Positions 26,711-39,900 of a stretch of DNA of 64,000 nucleotides are shown here, piece after piece. The position numbers and the translations under genes are program-made. The notes below the pieces were generated by a model that had not been told where the DNA came from, made no database searches, and saw only the letters and a list, made by a program, of their open reading frames with translations. Positions within the stretch are counted from its first letter, which is position 1. Each line of letters starts with the position of its first letter. This stretch comes from Perkinsus chesapeaki ATCC PRA-425 (Eukaryota; Protista; Perkinsozoa): positions 62,001 to 126,000 of the forward strand of contig JAAPAO010000023.1 in NCBI GenBank assembly GCA_013115145.1, in the 5' to 3' direction.

Positions 26711-29183
26711 CTAGTAAGGCTGAGCAAAACTGTTGTTGAACATGTCGGCAAACGACTTGTGGTTGAAGCTCTGATCAATATCGCCACGGGAAGATATCGA
26801 CGACCGGTGACGACTCTGCTGAGCCATTTGCTGAATTTGGTAGCTGTTCACACTTCCAGGAGGGAAATCATAGGTTGAAACCGACGTGTAGATGTGGGCA
26901 GGCTCGGGCTCGTAGGCATCACCATCGACTCGTTCATGAAGTCTCTCGACGCCACCTTCAATACGGATGGTCTCAAGCTGAGTGGTCACAGTGCGCTGCT
27001 CGCCAGAAACCGTCTCGGCATGGGGTATCTCCACGTATCGCTCAACCGTCTCAATTTGGGGAACCTCGACAATCTTCTCAACCGTCTGGAAGACCTCCTC
27101 CTCGATGATCTTATCCTGATACTTCTTCACCACTTGAGGCACCTTCTGCTCCTGTATCACGTCCACGTACTTGGTAACAATAACATCTTGAGGAATATCA
27201 ACATACTCCACCTGGGGGACCTCGACGTACTTCTGAACCGTTCGAATCTGAGGTACACGGACTTCCTTCTGAACGGTCTTGTTAACGGGGACGTCGACGA
27301 TCTTCTGAACATGCTGGGTCACCGGCACCTCAACCTCCTTGTCAATGTAGGCAACTTGGGGTATCTCAACGATCCTCTGAACCTTCTGTACATCAGCTAG
27401 GTGGATGACCTTCTGAACCTTCTGCTTGAAGGGGACATCGACGTACTCCTCAACATACTCCACCTGTGGTATCTCAACCACCTTATCAATGTACTCGATC
27501 TTGGGCACCTCAATGTACTTCTGAACCTTGCGGACGTTAGGCACTTGCACTATCTTCTGAACATGTCGATCAACATACTCAGGCACATGCTTGTAGACGA
27601 CCTGCTCCTCTTCGACCTCGATAACCTTCTCCACATACTCAATTTGAGGGACCTCGACCACCTTGTCGATGTACTTGATTTGAGGGACCTCTCGCTGGAC
27701 CTCCTTAATAATCTCGACGATCTTCTCCTCGTACACAATCCTCGGCACCTCACGAATGATCTCCTGCACCTCGAGCTTGGGCACCCTCTTGTGGACCTTC
27801 TGTACTATAGGACGCTTCCTCTCAACGATCTTCTCCACCACACGTTTCTTCTCAACTATAACGTCCTGGACTTGCTGCTCAATCTCCTGGTCAATGATAG
27901 TGCGAGTGATCTTGGGAACCTCGATGATCCTTTCCTGGACTTCATAACGAGGGACTTCACGGACGATCTCCTCGATGTTGACCTTAGGCACTGGTCTCTC
28001 GATCTCGATGATCTCCTCGATGATCTCTGGAACATGCACTATGCGGGGCACCTCGATGATTTGCTCGACGGGGCGCTCAACAATGCGTTCAACTCTCTGA
28101 ATCCTCGGCACCTCAATAATCTCCTCGTGGATCTCCTCCACAGGGATCTCGATGGTCTCCTCCGTGATAACAGGGACCTCGCGGTAGACCGGTATCTCCA
28201 CGATGGTGGCGACCTCCTTGTGAATGACGCGCTCAACGTACTGGATCTTGGGCACCTCCACGACCTCCTCAATCACTTGAGGAACTTTAACCTACACAGA
28301 AAGCAGAGTAAAGTGAAATCTTCACTGAAGCACAATCCGAACCTCGATAATTTCCTCCTCGATTTCCGGGACATGTCGATTGACATGTATCGTCACAACT
28401 TGCTTCACAGGCTTCTCAACGATCCTCTCTTGCATCTGATAACACCATAGATGTCACTAGGAGTGCAGAGGGGCCTCACCTGAACCTTGGGCACCTCGAT
28501 GATCTCCTCAACGATTTGATCGACAGGGACCTCCACGACCTCTTCAATAATGCGCTCCTGTTGAACCCTAACTTCCTCCTCGCGTATGCGAGGCACTCTT
28601 ACGTACTTAGGGACCTGAAACACAAAGCGCCTGCTCGTGGCTCGATCTTCACTAGGGAGCTCACCTCAACATACTGCACGACCGGCTTGTTGACGATTCT
28701 TTCTTCGTGGACCACCTTGGGGATGTCGATGTAAACGATTTTCTCAACAGGTCTTTCGATATACTGCACTTCAGGGACCTCAACGATCTTCTCGACGTAC
28801 TGTACCATAGGGATCTCCTCGACCTCTTCAACGTATTGGATCTCAGGGACGTCGACCGGGATCTCTATGATCTCGTCAGTGACAACTTCTTGTACGTGTT
28901 GGACTGGAGGAGCCTGGAAGCGCTGCACCTGGTGAACCTCGGTAACCTCAGCATCCTTCGTGACGCGTGTAGATGAGTAAATGGGTTCGTTCGGACGAGA
29001 GGGCCTTTGCCAGCCGACTTGTTGGTACTGTTGCTGTGAGGTGGTAGACTTCCGCGACTGATCCAAGGCTGCCTTCTGATCAGCAGCAGGAGGCTGAGAG
29101 AACGCGGAACCGATGGACAGCCTTGCATTGAATACCGGGGGAGGACCAAAGTAGTTCGGGAAGCCAGAGTTCATGGCAGCCAT
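26711..29183 (-). CDS. Alveolin / IMC-like protein 2 (tandem paralogue)
   Basis: Same EVP(Q/K)I(Q/E)YVE(K/R) repeat architecture; introns at equivalent QYVEV|QVPKYV and VPKVQ positions; similar C-terminal TI(R/Y)(I/L)(E/D)GGVER motif. Confidence 0.92.
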
Positions 29184-29867
29184 GATAAAACGGTCAACCA
29201 AGCGTTCACTGCTAATAACGCATCACAAGCCATTGAAGCCCCTGCCAGCTCGAAGCCCCTAAAACGCAAACCATACAAGGAGAAGAATCATAGGAGACAA
29301 GCAGCAAGATTATGGAGAGTAACGAGCGTCTTAGAAACCAGAAGGAAGGTCAAGGAAAGTTGGAGCGACCGCGTGCTCAGAAACCGTAGATCTTGCGCTT
29401 CGGGACAACCGCGCACGCCCTGGTAATCGATATCTTATCTATTCGACTTTGCAGCAGATGCGCATGGTCTTGGTACGTTATGATCTGGTTAGTGTATAGT
29501 AGTGTCGTTGATAATACTTACACGATGTATTTGTACGATAACTAGTATATTGTTTATATTATTGAAGGAAGTGTGGTATGAAATAATATTGGTGTTCGTT
29601 ATTTGAGATGTTGCCTTTACGGTTTGTTGTTTAGTTATTTTCTATTCTGGTATATATGGGCCGCGAGAGCAGAAGCCGATCACCGTATAGTAGAAGCAGA
29701 TCAAGAAGGGATAGACATAATGATAGTAACGGATGGGCGTATCTTATCTTCAACCTCGCAAGATACATAATAGGTCAAGTTGCGTCATCGATTCATAGAC
29801 ATAGTAGAATGTAGTAATCAAATAAAACACTCGTGATGTTAGTTTAATTTCCGTGATGGTCTGGCGG

Positions 29868-32605
29868 ATGGATGACCGCGCGCCAGTTAATTGCCTTTGG
29901 TAAGATTTTTCACTCTCCAAAGCGTTCTTTCAGTCGCCAACTCCCCGCAGGTTCAATTCTTCCGTTTTTCATTTCAGCTCGAAATTCTTCCAATATTTTT
30001 CAGGATCCCGTGATCGTGGACGTGATCGTCATCACAGTCATAGGCACCACAGACATCACGAGTAAGCCATTTAGTATCTTCAGGTCACCCGCTTGAACTT
30101 AGACTTAGATTGGAGTCGTCAGGTTCTATTGGAATTTTCAGGCGCAGTGACTTATTGCTAGGAGGTCTCTGTTTTTTCTTTTTAGTCGCAGTGATGACCG
30201 TGACAGCTCGACAGAGCGCGAGAAGTCCAGACGCCGAGCTCAGCGAGAGTAAGGAGGAGTATCTTTAGGTCAAGTTGGTGACTCCTCCTGCTGCTGCTCT
30301 TCAGTTTCCTCAATAAATCATCTCATCAAGCTGGCACTAATTCTAATATGTTCTGGGATGGTTTCCAATGGATCCCTAAGATCGGCACTCAGGACTCGGC
30401 ACAGCACAACGCAACGAGGAAGAACCGACGACTCTATGTTGCGAATCTGCCTATCCAGCTAGGTGCGTCCCGGGATGGGCTATCAGTCATCCTCCCTACT
30501 TCGTCTGAGTAGCGCCTCTATTAGAGACTTATAGAGATTCTCTTGAGCAACTCGTATAGCTATTTTGTCTTTGCGAAATTCGGTCCCCCGAAAAAACCTT
30601 CCCACATGTTTGTGGTATCTTGTGGGGTGTATACTGCAAGCGTCGACCTCCATGCTCGTTTGTGTTCGCCCGAACACTAAAACATTACGACTCCACCACC
30701 ATGACGATCTCTATCGATTTTGAGTAATGTTCACAAAGTAGATGTCAGATCCAATTTTTGCTCGACAAAAATGTGCGCATACGAGTGAGCGATTTCCAGA
30801 GTTGTATACGTAGTCAAATAATATTTTCCACGGAACTGCAACACAATACGGTGGCAACTCAGCCATGGCCGAGTGACAACTTGTCACTTAACTTGGCTAC
30901 ACCTACGCTTGCCATCATCCGTATGGGAGGGTGGTGGTATGGTTTAGTAACGTATAGGTGATAGATAGTGATATCGACCTACAGGAAGCTGTGAAGTGTA
31001 TCTCTATCGTTTGCAATGTAGCTATTGTATTATTCATTGCTATTATGTACCCAAATCCGAGTATCCGAGTAGTATGTAGCTATGATGCCATCATCACCTC
31101 ATAGTCGAGGCTTCCCTATGTCCTGTTGAAGAAATCTTTCTACCATCACGTTATACTTTTCAATTGCCTGCTTGGTCAGAGGGGTCGAGATCTCATCGAT
31201 TCGGGAAGTACTGTTTACATTTTCGTTGTGGATTGTGGTTGATTCGGTGGATTGGTGCTACTCAGACGAAATTATATTATCTCTCCAATGCTGTATTTTA
31301 TCATCAGGTCTAACTGAGGAGTTCCTCGGCCAACAGCTCTTCGCTGCTCTTCGTGAAAGAGGATGCATTGCTCCGGATGGCCACAGTCCTGTACTCCATG
31401 TTTGGTTTGCTCGGGAGAAGGGTGGTACGATCGCTACGTGCTTGATGGCACCCACCGTCTGGTCAGGTAATTACGGCTTCGTTGAATTCGCCACGCTAGA
31501 GGACACGGAGAACGCCCTGGCTCTTGATGGTAAGGAAGGAGGTCGGCGAATTTCATGGCGCGCGGTAATTTGTGGCTATAGGACTCGTGGTAATGGGTGC
31601 TCCTATTACGATTCGTCGACCGTCGGATTACCAAGACTCCACGGTACCGATGCTGAACGACTCTGTTGTGGCTGCGGCTGCGGCGGCGGCAGCGAACAGT
31701 AGGACGATCCGAGAAGGGGGAATGTAGTGGACTTGTTTTGTTAGGTGCAGTTGGCAATCTTGGTGGTCAAGCTACCAGTCGTATTGTTAGATTTGCACAG
31801 GTAATGCTTGCTTGGGTGAAGATAGTCGTGGGTTGGTCTTTGTGTTATGGGATGGACTCGAGGGGGCTGTCCGCGGTATGGCGTATTACAGAGCTGTTTA
31901 TTAGTACTTATACAATAATATATTATCTTTGATATAGGAAGTCGCTTAATATCAGTTATTGCATTCATCTACTATTGCTTCCAATGTTAATCTCATTCAA
32001 AGTTGATATTGACCTACTTTAATTAGCTCCGACATCGTCGCCACATAAGGGCCTTTGGAAGGTATCTTTCGATCAGCCTCCAAACAATTGAAATCAGTAG
32101 TGTACCTGTGTAGTTCTCTACATGTCTTTATGAGAAAAATTTGCGGGACTTCTGGTGGTGTGGGAATTGGGGGATATATTCTTGTATTAGGTCGTGCGTG
32201 TTGGACCAAACACTAGAAGGGAGGAGTATATGGATGTCATTGAGGATATGAAAGGAGGCTGCGGCGATTTCGGCAAGCTTGATGCTGTCTACATTGCATC
32301 GGCCGACGTTCATGTAGAGTTGCAGCTGAGCGGTATGGGAAATTATTCATTGGTGTGCAGGACCCATCAACTCAAGGGCTTGTGCTGGCCGCTGGTGATG
32401 TGTGTTTGGAGTACTCTGATCTTGGAGGTGAGGAAAAGTCGGTATGAGTGGGGCTATCAGCTAGGTGGTGTCAGGCGCGGAGGCATGCATGAAGGGAATG
32501 CAAGGACGTAAATATGACGGTCAAGTTGTTCATATGACAAGCGTCGATGAGGAGACATGGCAGAATCTGGCCAAGTACATGGGCGCTGGGCTTCGGACGA
32601 GTTAG
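29868..32605 (+). CDS. U2AF large-subunit-like RNA-binding protein (RS region, RRM, C-terminal UHM)
   Basis: RS/RD-rich exons, FWDGFQW..RRLYVANLP (RNP2), NYGFVEF (RNP1), EEYMDVIEDMKGGCGDFGKLDAVYI and MQGRKYDGQVV (UHM-like). Long intron 30463-31307. Confidence 0.75.
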
Positions 32606-33346
32606 TAGGGTTTCGGTGTTTAGGCCCGTTCTGGTGGAGATGGACGCCGCTTTGGGTATATTGTAGAAGACGAAGGCGCGCGGTAATTGATGATGATGAT
32701 GATGACAACATACACCAAGCTGCCGGTTCGACCATCTTGTCATTGTCCGGCGACAGCTGTAATTTTCCTATGCTGCTTATCGAACTATGGCTCCAACGGT
32801 GGTGGTAGAAGTGCTGTTAGTAGTGGTAGTGGCTAAATACCATCACGTACAATTGTGGTTCGATCACAGTCTTTGCGGGGTTGAGTTGATGGTGGTGGGC
32901 TTGTCGGAGTGTTTCTAGTTTTGGTAATAATGTCAGATTCACCAGTGTCATCATCGTCGGAGGCCAACAGCATTGGTCATGGAGCAGCTAAGGCAATTAC
33001 TTCATCTGTGTACGAAATGGATGGGGCCATGTAGGAGGGGTGGTATAGAGCAGCAGCATATTACACCTCATAGGGGACTAATAATCGAGTGTCACCGCCG
33101 CCGCCGCTCGAGAAAAGGATAGTGTTATTATCATCGACAGATGATAATAACATTCTTTGATTCCCTTGCTGAAGTCTTAAAGCATCATCTTGTATATTAT
33201 TTTAGCGCCTGCAATGTTACTTGACGACATTGCGCTTTACTATGATACTTGTCTGTTCTGACCACCGTTTAAGTGTTTGGATTTGCTAAGACGTTCTTCA
33301 CTGGTACATCCTCCCTCGTAGGCAACACAACCCTGGTTTTGATGAA

Positions 33347-36300
33347 ATGAGGGATCACCACCACGGTGAGGAGGAAGAAGGAGGGCTTAGATCACCTGGC
33401 CAGGAGACGGTAGTAGCGAGTGTGGTAGCATGTGATGGTGGTGGTGGCAAGGAGTGCTTTCAGACCTCTAGTAGTGGATTCTCACAAAATATGGATATGG
33501 ACATCAATACGGTGGGAGTGTTCGGTAAGGCTGGAGCTCGCTCTTTTCGTGGATGACATCTTATTACTGTCCCTATCGGGATGGGTACTTCCATGACATC
33601 TTTGCAGTCCTTAGTTCCCTGTATAACCATAAGTGTTACGGTTTTCCCTCAAACCACTTGGGGTCTCTGAGGCTTGTTTACAAGGCTGTATGGACTTTTA
33701 CCAAGGCCTAACTATGGCCGCAATATTACTAATATATTTCGAAGCTCCATCTTTTAGTTTTTCGGGTTTACCTGGATTCGTTTTGTGTCTCAAACTATTA
33801 ACCTCTGCTCTCAATGTCACCCCTATTACTACTCCTTTCCCCCTTCAGACCCGAAACAGAGCAAGTTATCTGTACGGAAGATATCGGGTGCTAGTGACAT
33901 GCCTGATCATGTAGGTTGGTGACACTAGTAGTGCGTGTCATGGTCCATCTCGTCAGGTTACGGACTTCAGTTCATTGTCGAAGCCAGCGAAGATAGCGGC
34001 CTTGTGTGTGGAGAAAGTTCCTGCCTGGAAGGGGCGAGTTCATCCGGCTGATGTAGGAAGGAGCGATGAAGTTGCAGATTGGTTTGAAGTTGATCGATAA
34101 TTAATTTCCGAGGTTGCTTCCTTTTACTGAATACAGCCCGACGCAATGGAGTAGAAGAATCCGTATTTGTTAGCTAATGGTGCACGATATTGAGAATATG
34201 AAGATATTCGGGCTGTTCAATAAAGCGTTCCTGAAACTCAGGAACGTGCCTAGGAAGGGAAGTGCAACATTTGTGTTCATAAGACCGTGCCCAGGAACGG
34301 TCCAGGGAACGATCCCAGGAACGTCCTCCGGCACGTTCAAAAAACTTCAAGAACGATCCCAGGAACGTCCTCCGGCACGTTCAAAAAACTTCAAGAACGA
34401 TCCCAGGACCGTTCCTCGGCACGGCATTTTCAGGAACACTCCACACCGTTCCTGAGAATTTTCTGGCGCGTGACTTGAGCGCCGGCGTAACTGATTTGTC
34501 AGTTCCGGACACTCATCCTACCAGCGAAGTGAACTCTTTGAATATGACGATATTGAAAGCGAATAGTCGGTGCTTCGCTCCGCTAGGATTATTGTATTTT
34601 TAGGTTGAGATAAATCAACTATGTGAAGGCCTGTCCAACCAATTGTTTAGAGTGTCCTTGCCGAACCCTCGGGCAACCTCCTCAGCATCAGACAGCCCGA
34701 CGGATCAGGAGGAGCCAGTAGCGTTCACCAGAGTACTTTTTAGGTAGGCGGAGCGAAGTTTTGTTGTTCGATTTTTCGTCAGGATTTACGGTAAGGACGC
34801 GAAGTCGTTCTATGACCCTGTCTACGAATTGAAGGTCTTTAAGACGCTTTCACGGTATCGCATAGCACCGCAGTTGATTGCCTATGTAGGATGAGTTGTG
34901 GAGAGAGCGGTAGAAGATTCTTGGCGTTCTAGGGTGATGGTTGGCGCATAGAAGAATGGCATGCTTCGATTGCAGTGCCGACTAAGCTGCTCGGAAACCC
35001 GAGTATCTTTTGCCAGGTAGGAGCAGGAAAGATACGCGGAAGGTTGATAAAGGTGTATTCAGATCGCATCGCAGCTTGGTCGATTTCACAAGCTCGATCA
35101 GCGTCAGGACTTCCCAAGATCCTTCAGCACGGAGCCGGCTACTATCAAGCGATTGAGGTGACGAGATGGATGCGCTTCGCTCCGCTAAAGCATCTCGTTT
35201 TTAGGAGTTGGGCAGCTGAGGCCGAGAAAGTATCTTTTAAGGAGCCAGAACAGCGAAGGAAGCTCGAGCGGCTACATGTTGATAGAATGGTTGAAGAGGC
35301 TGGGTGAGCTGAGTTGTGGACAAAGGGGGGGTCTTGTAGGATTATATTTGCGGGAAAATCGGTATGAAGGAAATATAGAGGGACATCGATTGTGCTATGG
35401 CAGTATATTTGCATCATACTTCGTATTAGTTGAATTCCCGCAATGATGACTTATTTTGAGGCAATTTTCGGGAGAAAACTGACCGTTAGGCGGCTGGATG
35501 GATAAACCCCTAATCGCCGGGAGTCGTAAGCGAGTAGTCGTTTGCTTGTTCGCCGCCGCCGCCGCCGTCTGCCCGAGTGAATTTGGCGTTGGGGTGGGCC
35601 AGTCGGTTTGTCATGAGTGGTTTGCTGTTTGTAATAATTGTTGATGATTTAGATGGCTGATCGACTATCTTACCCAGAATCAAGAGGACATAGTAAAAGG
35701 GCAAGGCATGGATATAGTGTTCTCTCATAATGATGTACCAACATGGCTGCTACCTGTAGTAGAGCTGTTGCTTGCTTGTGTAGGTGCAAGAAAACAATAT
35801 ACTTCAAACGCAGTATGGTCTCAGACTTATTGACTTTGAATATGCACATTATAATTATCAAGCTTATGATATTGCCAATCTCTTCTGTGAGTTCACTATG
35901 GACTATACCGAGAAGTAGGCATCACGGTGGAGCTGTGGTGAAGGGGCGGCGGCGGCCCGGAGGTTGACAGTCTTGCTCATCGGCTCCCTCGTTAATCCCA
36001 TAATCGCTGGGATTCCCTTTCCCCCGGAAACGTGCCACGTGGAGCTATATATTCCTGTACTGTAATGTAGTTTGTTTCAGGCACTACCCGTTCTTCGCTA
36101 CGGATCTGGCAGCATATCCGGATGAGCAAAAGCAGCGGATGTTCTTGAGCGTGTATCTTTCCGAGTAGGTTGGCTCCACTGGGGTTGGGGTGAGGTTGCA
36201 TCGCACCGCCGCCGATTTAGGTATTTGGAAACACCTATTTTCCCTGATAACGACCTTTATATTCTTCCTTTAATGAAGAATGTCTCCAAGTTTGCGTTGG

Positions 36301-36895
36301 CCTCCCATCTGCTTTGGGGTCTTTGGAGCGTCATCCGAGCACCTCAGGCACCGACATATGACGACTTTGATTTTCTTGTGTAAGTTGAGCTCTGAGGTAT
36401 CAAGCGAGGTTCAAGCTCAGATACGCGAAGTTCCGTTTCGACTCTTATTTTCGGATGAAGAACATTATTCTATCTGAGGACAAGGAGGCTACTGAAAAGC
36501 ATGATGCCGAGTTGCTGAGGAAGCAGTTGCAATTAGAGCTTCAAGAACAGAGAAATAGCAATAGTGGAAATGTACTGACGAGGGATAGAACCGAGGGTCT
36601 TTAAATTGATAGATGAGCGCTCTCCCCGTTGAGCTATTAAGACGGTCTTTTCAGATACATCCGAAGGATGTGCGGCGGTACATTGGTTTCTTCCGTGGCA
36701 TAGAAATCGGCGCGGTGGCGCTGTCCATTGGCCTTTCCCTCGGCACGGTGTTTGGAATCCTTAATTATCGTAATGGTAGAAATTTATCATAAAATACCTC
36801 AAGTGAGATATGTTAATCTCCTTGTAAGATTTACCATTGTAGAACAGCAGTTTCAGCGTCGTTCGCAGTGCTCATCTTCCTACTTTCAGTTGTGA
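33347..36895 (+). CDS. Choline/ethanolamine kinase (multi-exon), possibly with a C-terminal TM segment
   Basis: EINQLCEGLSNQLFRV, VLF|RIYG, ELKVFKTLSRYRIAPQL, GWRIEEW, IVFSHND|QENNIL (Brenner motif), LRLIDFEYAHYNYQAYDIANLFCEF, ASHLLWGLWS, YAKFRFDSY. Confidence 0.92.
34227..34456. repeat. Fold-back / MITE-like structure inside the 551-nt intron (34053-34603)
   Basis: 19-bp inverted arms 34285-34303 and 34406-34424 (18/19 match) enclose a 44-bp direct repeat (starts 34307, 34351, partial 34395). GTTCCTGA/TCAGGAAC hairpins lie at both outer ends. Confidence 0.8.
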
Positions 36896-36971
36896 TTAAA
36901 AATGTGTTGAGTGTCGGGGCTGGGGTTCGAACCGGGGACCTCGGAAGTTGGTTGCATTATTTTTTCTCGTT

Positions 36972-39900
36972 ATGGCTGAACAGCATCAGCAAAATGGTGT
37001 AACGCCACCGAACATGCGAGTGCGGCAAAATCCATTCGCGAGTCAGCAGAATGGGGGGCAGGCTGGATGGTACCGTCGCTGGGATTCGAACCCGGGTCAT
37101 CGGATGCGGAGTTTTCGTAGGTACCAGCAACCGCAGCCACAGGCGGCATCCTCAGGGCAGCCGCCCTTGAAGCCTCAAGCGCCGCCTGCGGTGCACGCTC
37201 CTGCTCCTGCAGGGGGGGTAACGGCTCCGTGGAATAGAGTGCATGCCCCCGGTACGGAGAGCAGTGGTGCGGTGGGGTCAGGTAGGATGGGGATTGATGA
37301 TTGGTTTTGGTACTTGCAACTTAGGTCACACTGGTGGGTATACTAGTAGCGGAGTCGAGAGTCCATGGGGAGCATCTGGGGTAGGTCCAATCCAGGCTGC
37401 TGCTGCTGCTGAGAGAAATGGTGGAGTCATTCAGGGCGTTCCATCGGGGATGAGTCGAGTTCACGCTAGCGGTGGCGGCCAGGACCATTACCATCAGCAG
37501 CAACAACAACCCCAATCGATACACTCACCATTCGGCAGTGCGACCACGGGCTCGCCGTTCACACAGAGCGACCAGCAGAGCGCAGCGAAGCATTACCAAC
37601 CTCAACAACAACAACAGGAGCATCATTCGAATGCTCAAGGTGAATAGGTGATGATGGAGACTGGGAGGAAGGGGTGTCGGTCAGGCCGGATGGAACAGCA
37701 GCAGCATCAGACAAGTCGGCAGCAACAGCAGTCTGGTGGGGGCTTTGCAGATCAACTGGTGGGAGCAGCATTCAATGCAGCGGCAAAGACAGCATTCGGA
37801 GGAAGTGGCCAAGGCGGTCAAGGTAATAGGGGAGGGTACGTCTGAGTATCTCAAAGATGTCATCACTTGCGCACAGTTATATAATGTAAAGAATCCTAGT
37901 TCTTCTTGGTTGATTGTTCTGAGGCACGTGTGTTTTATAATTTCATATGGTCAGCTTGCGGGAGGCGTTGATCTTGACGTCGTGTAGATCTCTAGTCACC
38001 CCATAGACCAGTTGAACTTGCGGGGTCTCGGCGAACTTGGGGAGACTTGTGCTGTTATTCTTGGCTCTCGCGGGCTTGCGCTGCAAATCCCTCCCCTATG
38101 GATGGCCGGGCTGCCCTTATTACGGCAATGGTTGCTTAGGTAGTGGTAGCGGCAACGATGAGATGATGGGGGCTGTTATGAGCCAGGTAACGATGGACGG
38201 AGAAAGGTCCAATGCCTTCCGAGTCAGGTCGGGCAGAATTTGTACCAACAGGCGGAGCAGTCAGGATGGACCAAATTCGTGCCTTGGGGGTTTGACAGTA
38301 AGTTAGAGCAGCATTAGCGCCGCTGATGGGTGTGGGAGGCAGAGTTGGATCAGGTTTGCGACCGTACTTTAACATCACGCACAGTTACGTGAAGTGGAAA
38401 TGCCTGTTTTTAATGATACCGTTTGTGAAGTAAGAGGCTGCTGATGGGCGTTGTTGAGCGTCATTTTGGTCAGGCGGCTGTTCCAACCGGGGAAGAGCCA
38501 GAGGCACTATAGTGTGGATAATGAGATGGATAACGTAAGCAACCTCGGGAGAATCTTAGCGAGTTTGGTGGCTCAGTTGCAAGCTCCGACTCAGCGGACC
38601 GGAGACCCTAACGAGGGAGTAGCGCTGCGATTTGTAATAGAGTCAGTGATGTCTGGCTGGTGGCGATCTCATCATGGCAGGTTCCGGACCGCCGACCAGA
38701 TATGTACATCCCTTTGATGAGTTTTATTACATATGTGTTGGCGTACGCAATCATAAAGGTGAGGATCGTGGGGAGCGAAGTTGAGATAACTTGTCAGCCT
38801 TCTTTAACCCAACTCAACGGTTTATTGGTCGACACGTTTGCCTAGAAATGTTGGCGGTGCCTTGTTGGATTTCCTTAATACTATCAAAGACATATGTGAA
38901 AAATAATATATTGTTATAGTATAATGAAGAATATCTCCAGTAGTATCATTATGCTTGTTTTGTGATCATGATTATACTTGTATTACAAAAATGAATGGTT
39001 AATGATTTACCGCAAGATGGCCGGCCCAATGGAAGTCTCATGTGGGTATCCTATTTAGGGTGCTGCTGATGACGGTTCTTTCCATCCGGATGTCCTCTAT
39101 GACACTGCTACCTTTGCCGCGGTAAGCTCGATGTTGTTATCCCTGTTTGTTACCTCCACCTCCTCCATTCCCAGGTACTATCAGTAATAGAATTGGTGCT
39201 AGCCAGAGGAGCTGGATACTTCGCTAATATGACCAGGTAAGAGTGGCGGCACGTATAGGAGTTACGATCTATGTAATGGCGGCTGGGGCGCTCCTCCCTC
39301 CGTCTCTTCCGTGATTATTGTTGCATTACTCTGACAGTTGGTGAAATGCATCAATTTTGTTGGGTGCGTATTAGCGGGTAAAAATTAAGAGCATTCAGTA
39401 AGCGTGCTGTGGTGCTTTATGAAACGTAAGTAGTCATTTGATGACCTAATAAGAAGTGGGCTGGGGTCAACGCAGCGGCAAGTAGTCTGTGTTATGCTAA
39501 TCACTGCTGCATACTGTCAGTTTGCGGCTGTTGGACTTGGTATGTGTTATCGGTTACAAGTACTTCCACTTGTCGGTCTACTGCATTACCCGGATACTCT
39601 TCTCCAGCAAGATCACAACGGTAATAAGCCCGGCAGTTCATCAATGGTAATGACTTGGACTTATCAGCCTTACTTCTGGTGGGGGTTGCTCGGTTACCTC
39701 TCCCTAGCAGCAGCCTATGCATGCTTGGTGTCGCTGCAGTACTTTACAACGTAAGTCATATGACCAGACTGGGGGGATTCAAAGGTGCTATTACTATTAG
39801 ATATAAGACGGCGATGCAAGCCCACTTGGAGGTCTCGGGGACGCATACGAGCGTGCTTGTTAAGTACGTGGTGTTTGCTATAGCTCTAGCGCAGGTAATA

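Noticed and set aside
23888-28450. Long plus-strand Leu/Asp/Asn/His-rich ORFs (587, 349, 168 aa)
   Set aside because: Antisense shadows of the alveolin repeats; biased Val/Pro/Glu codons leave the opposite frame stop-free.
34307-34408. 44-bp direct repeats as a CRISPR-like array
   Set aside because: Contiguous repeats without unique spacers, in a eukaryotic intron, with no cas genes.
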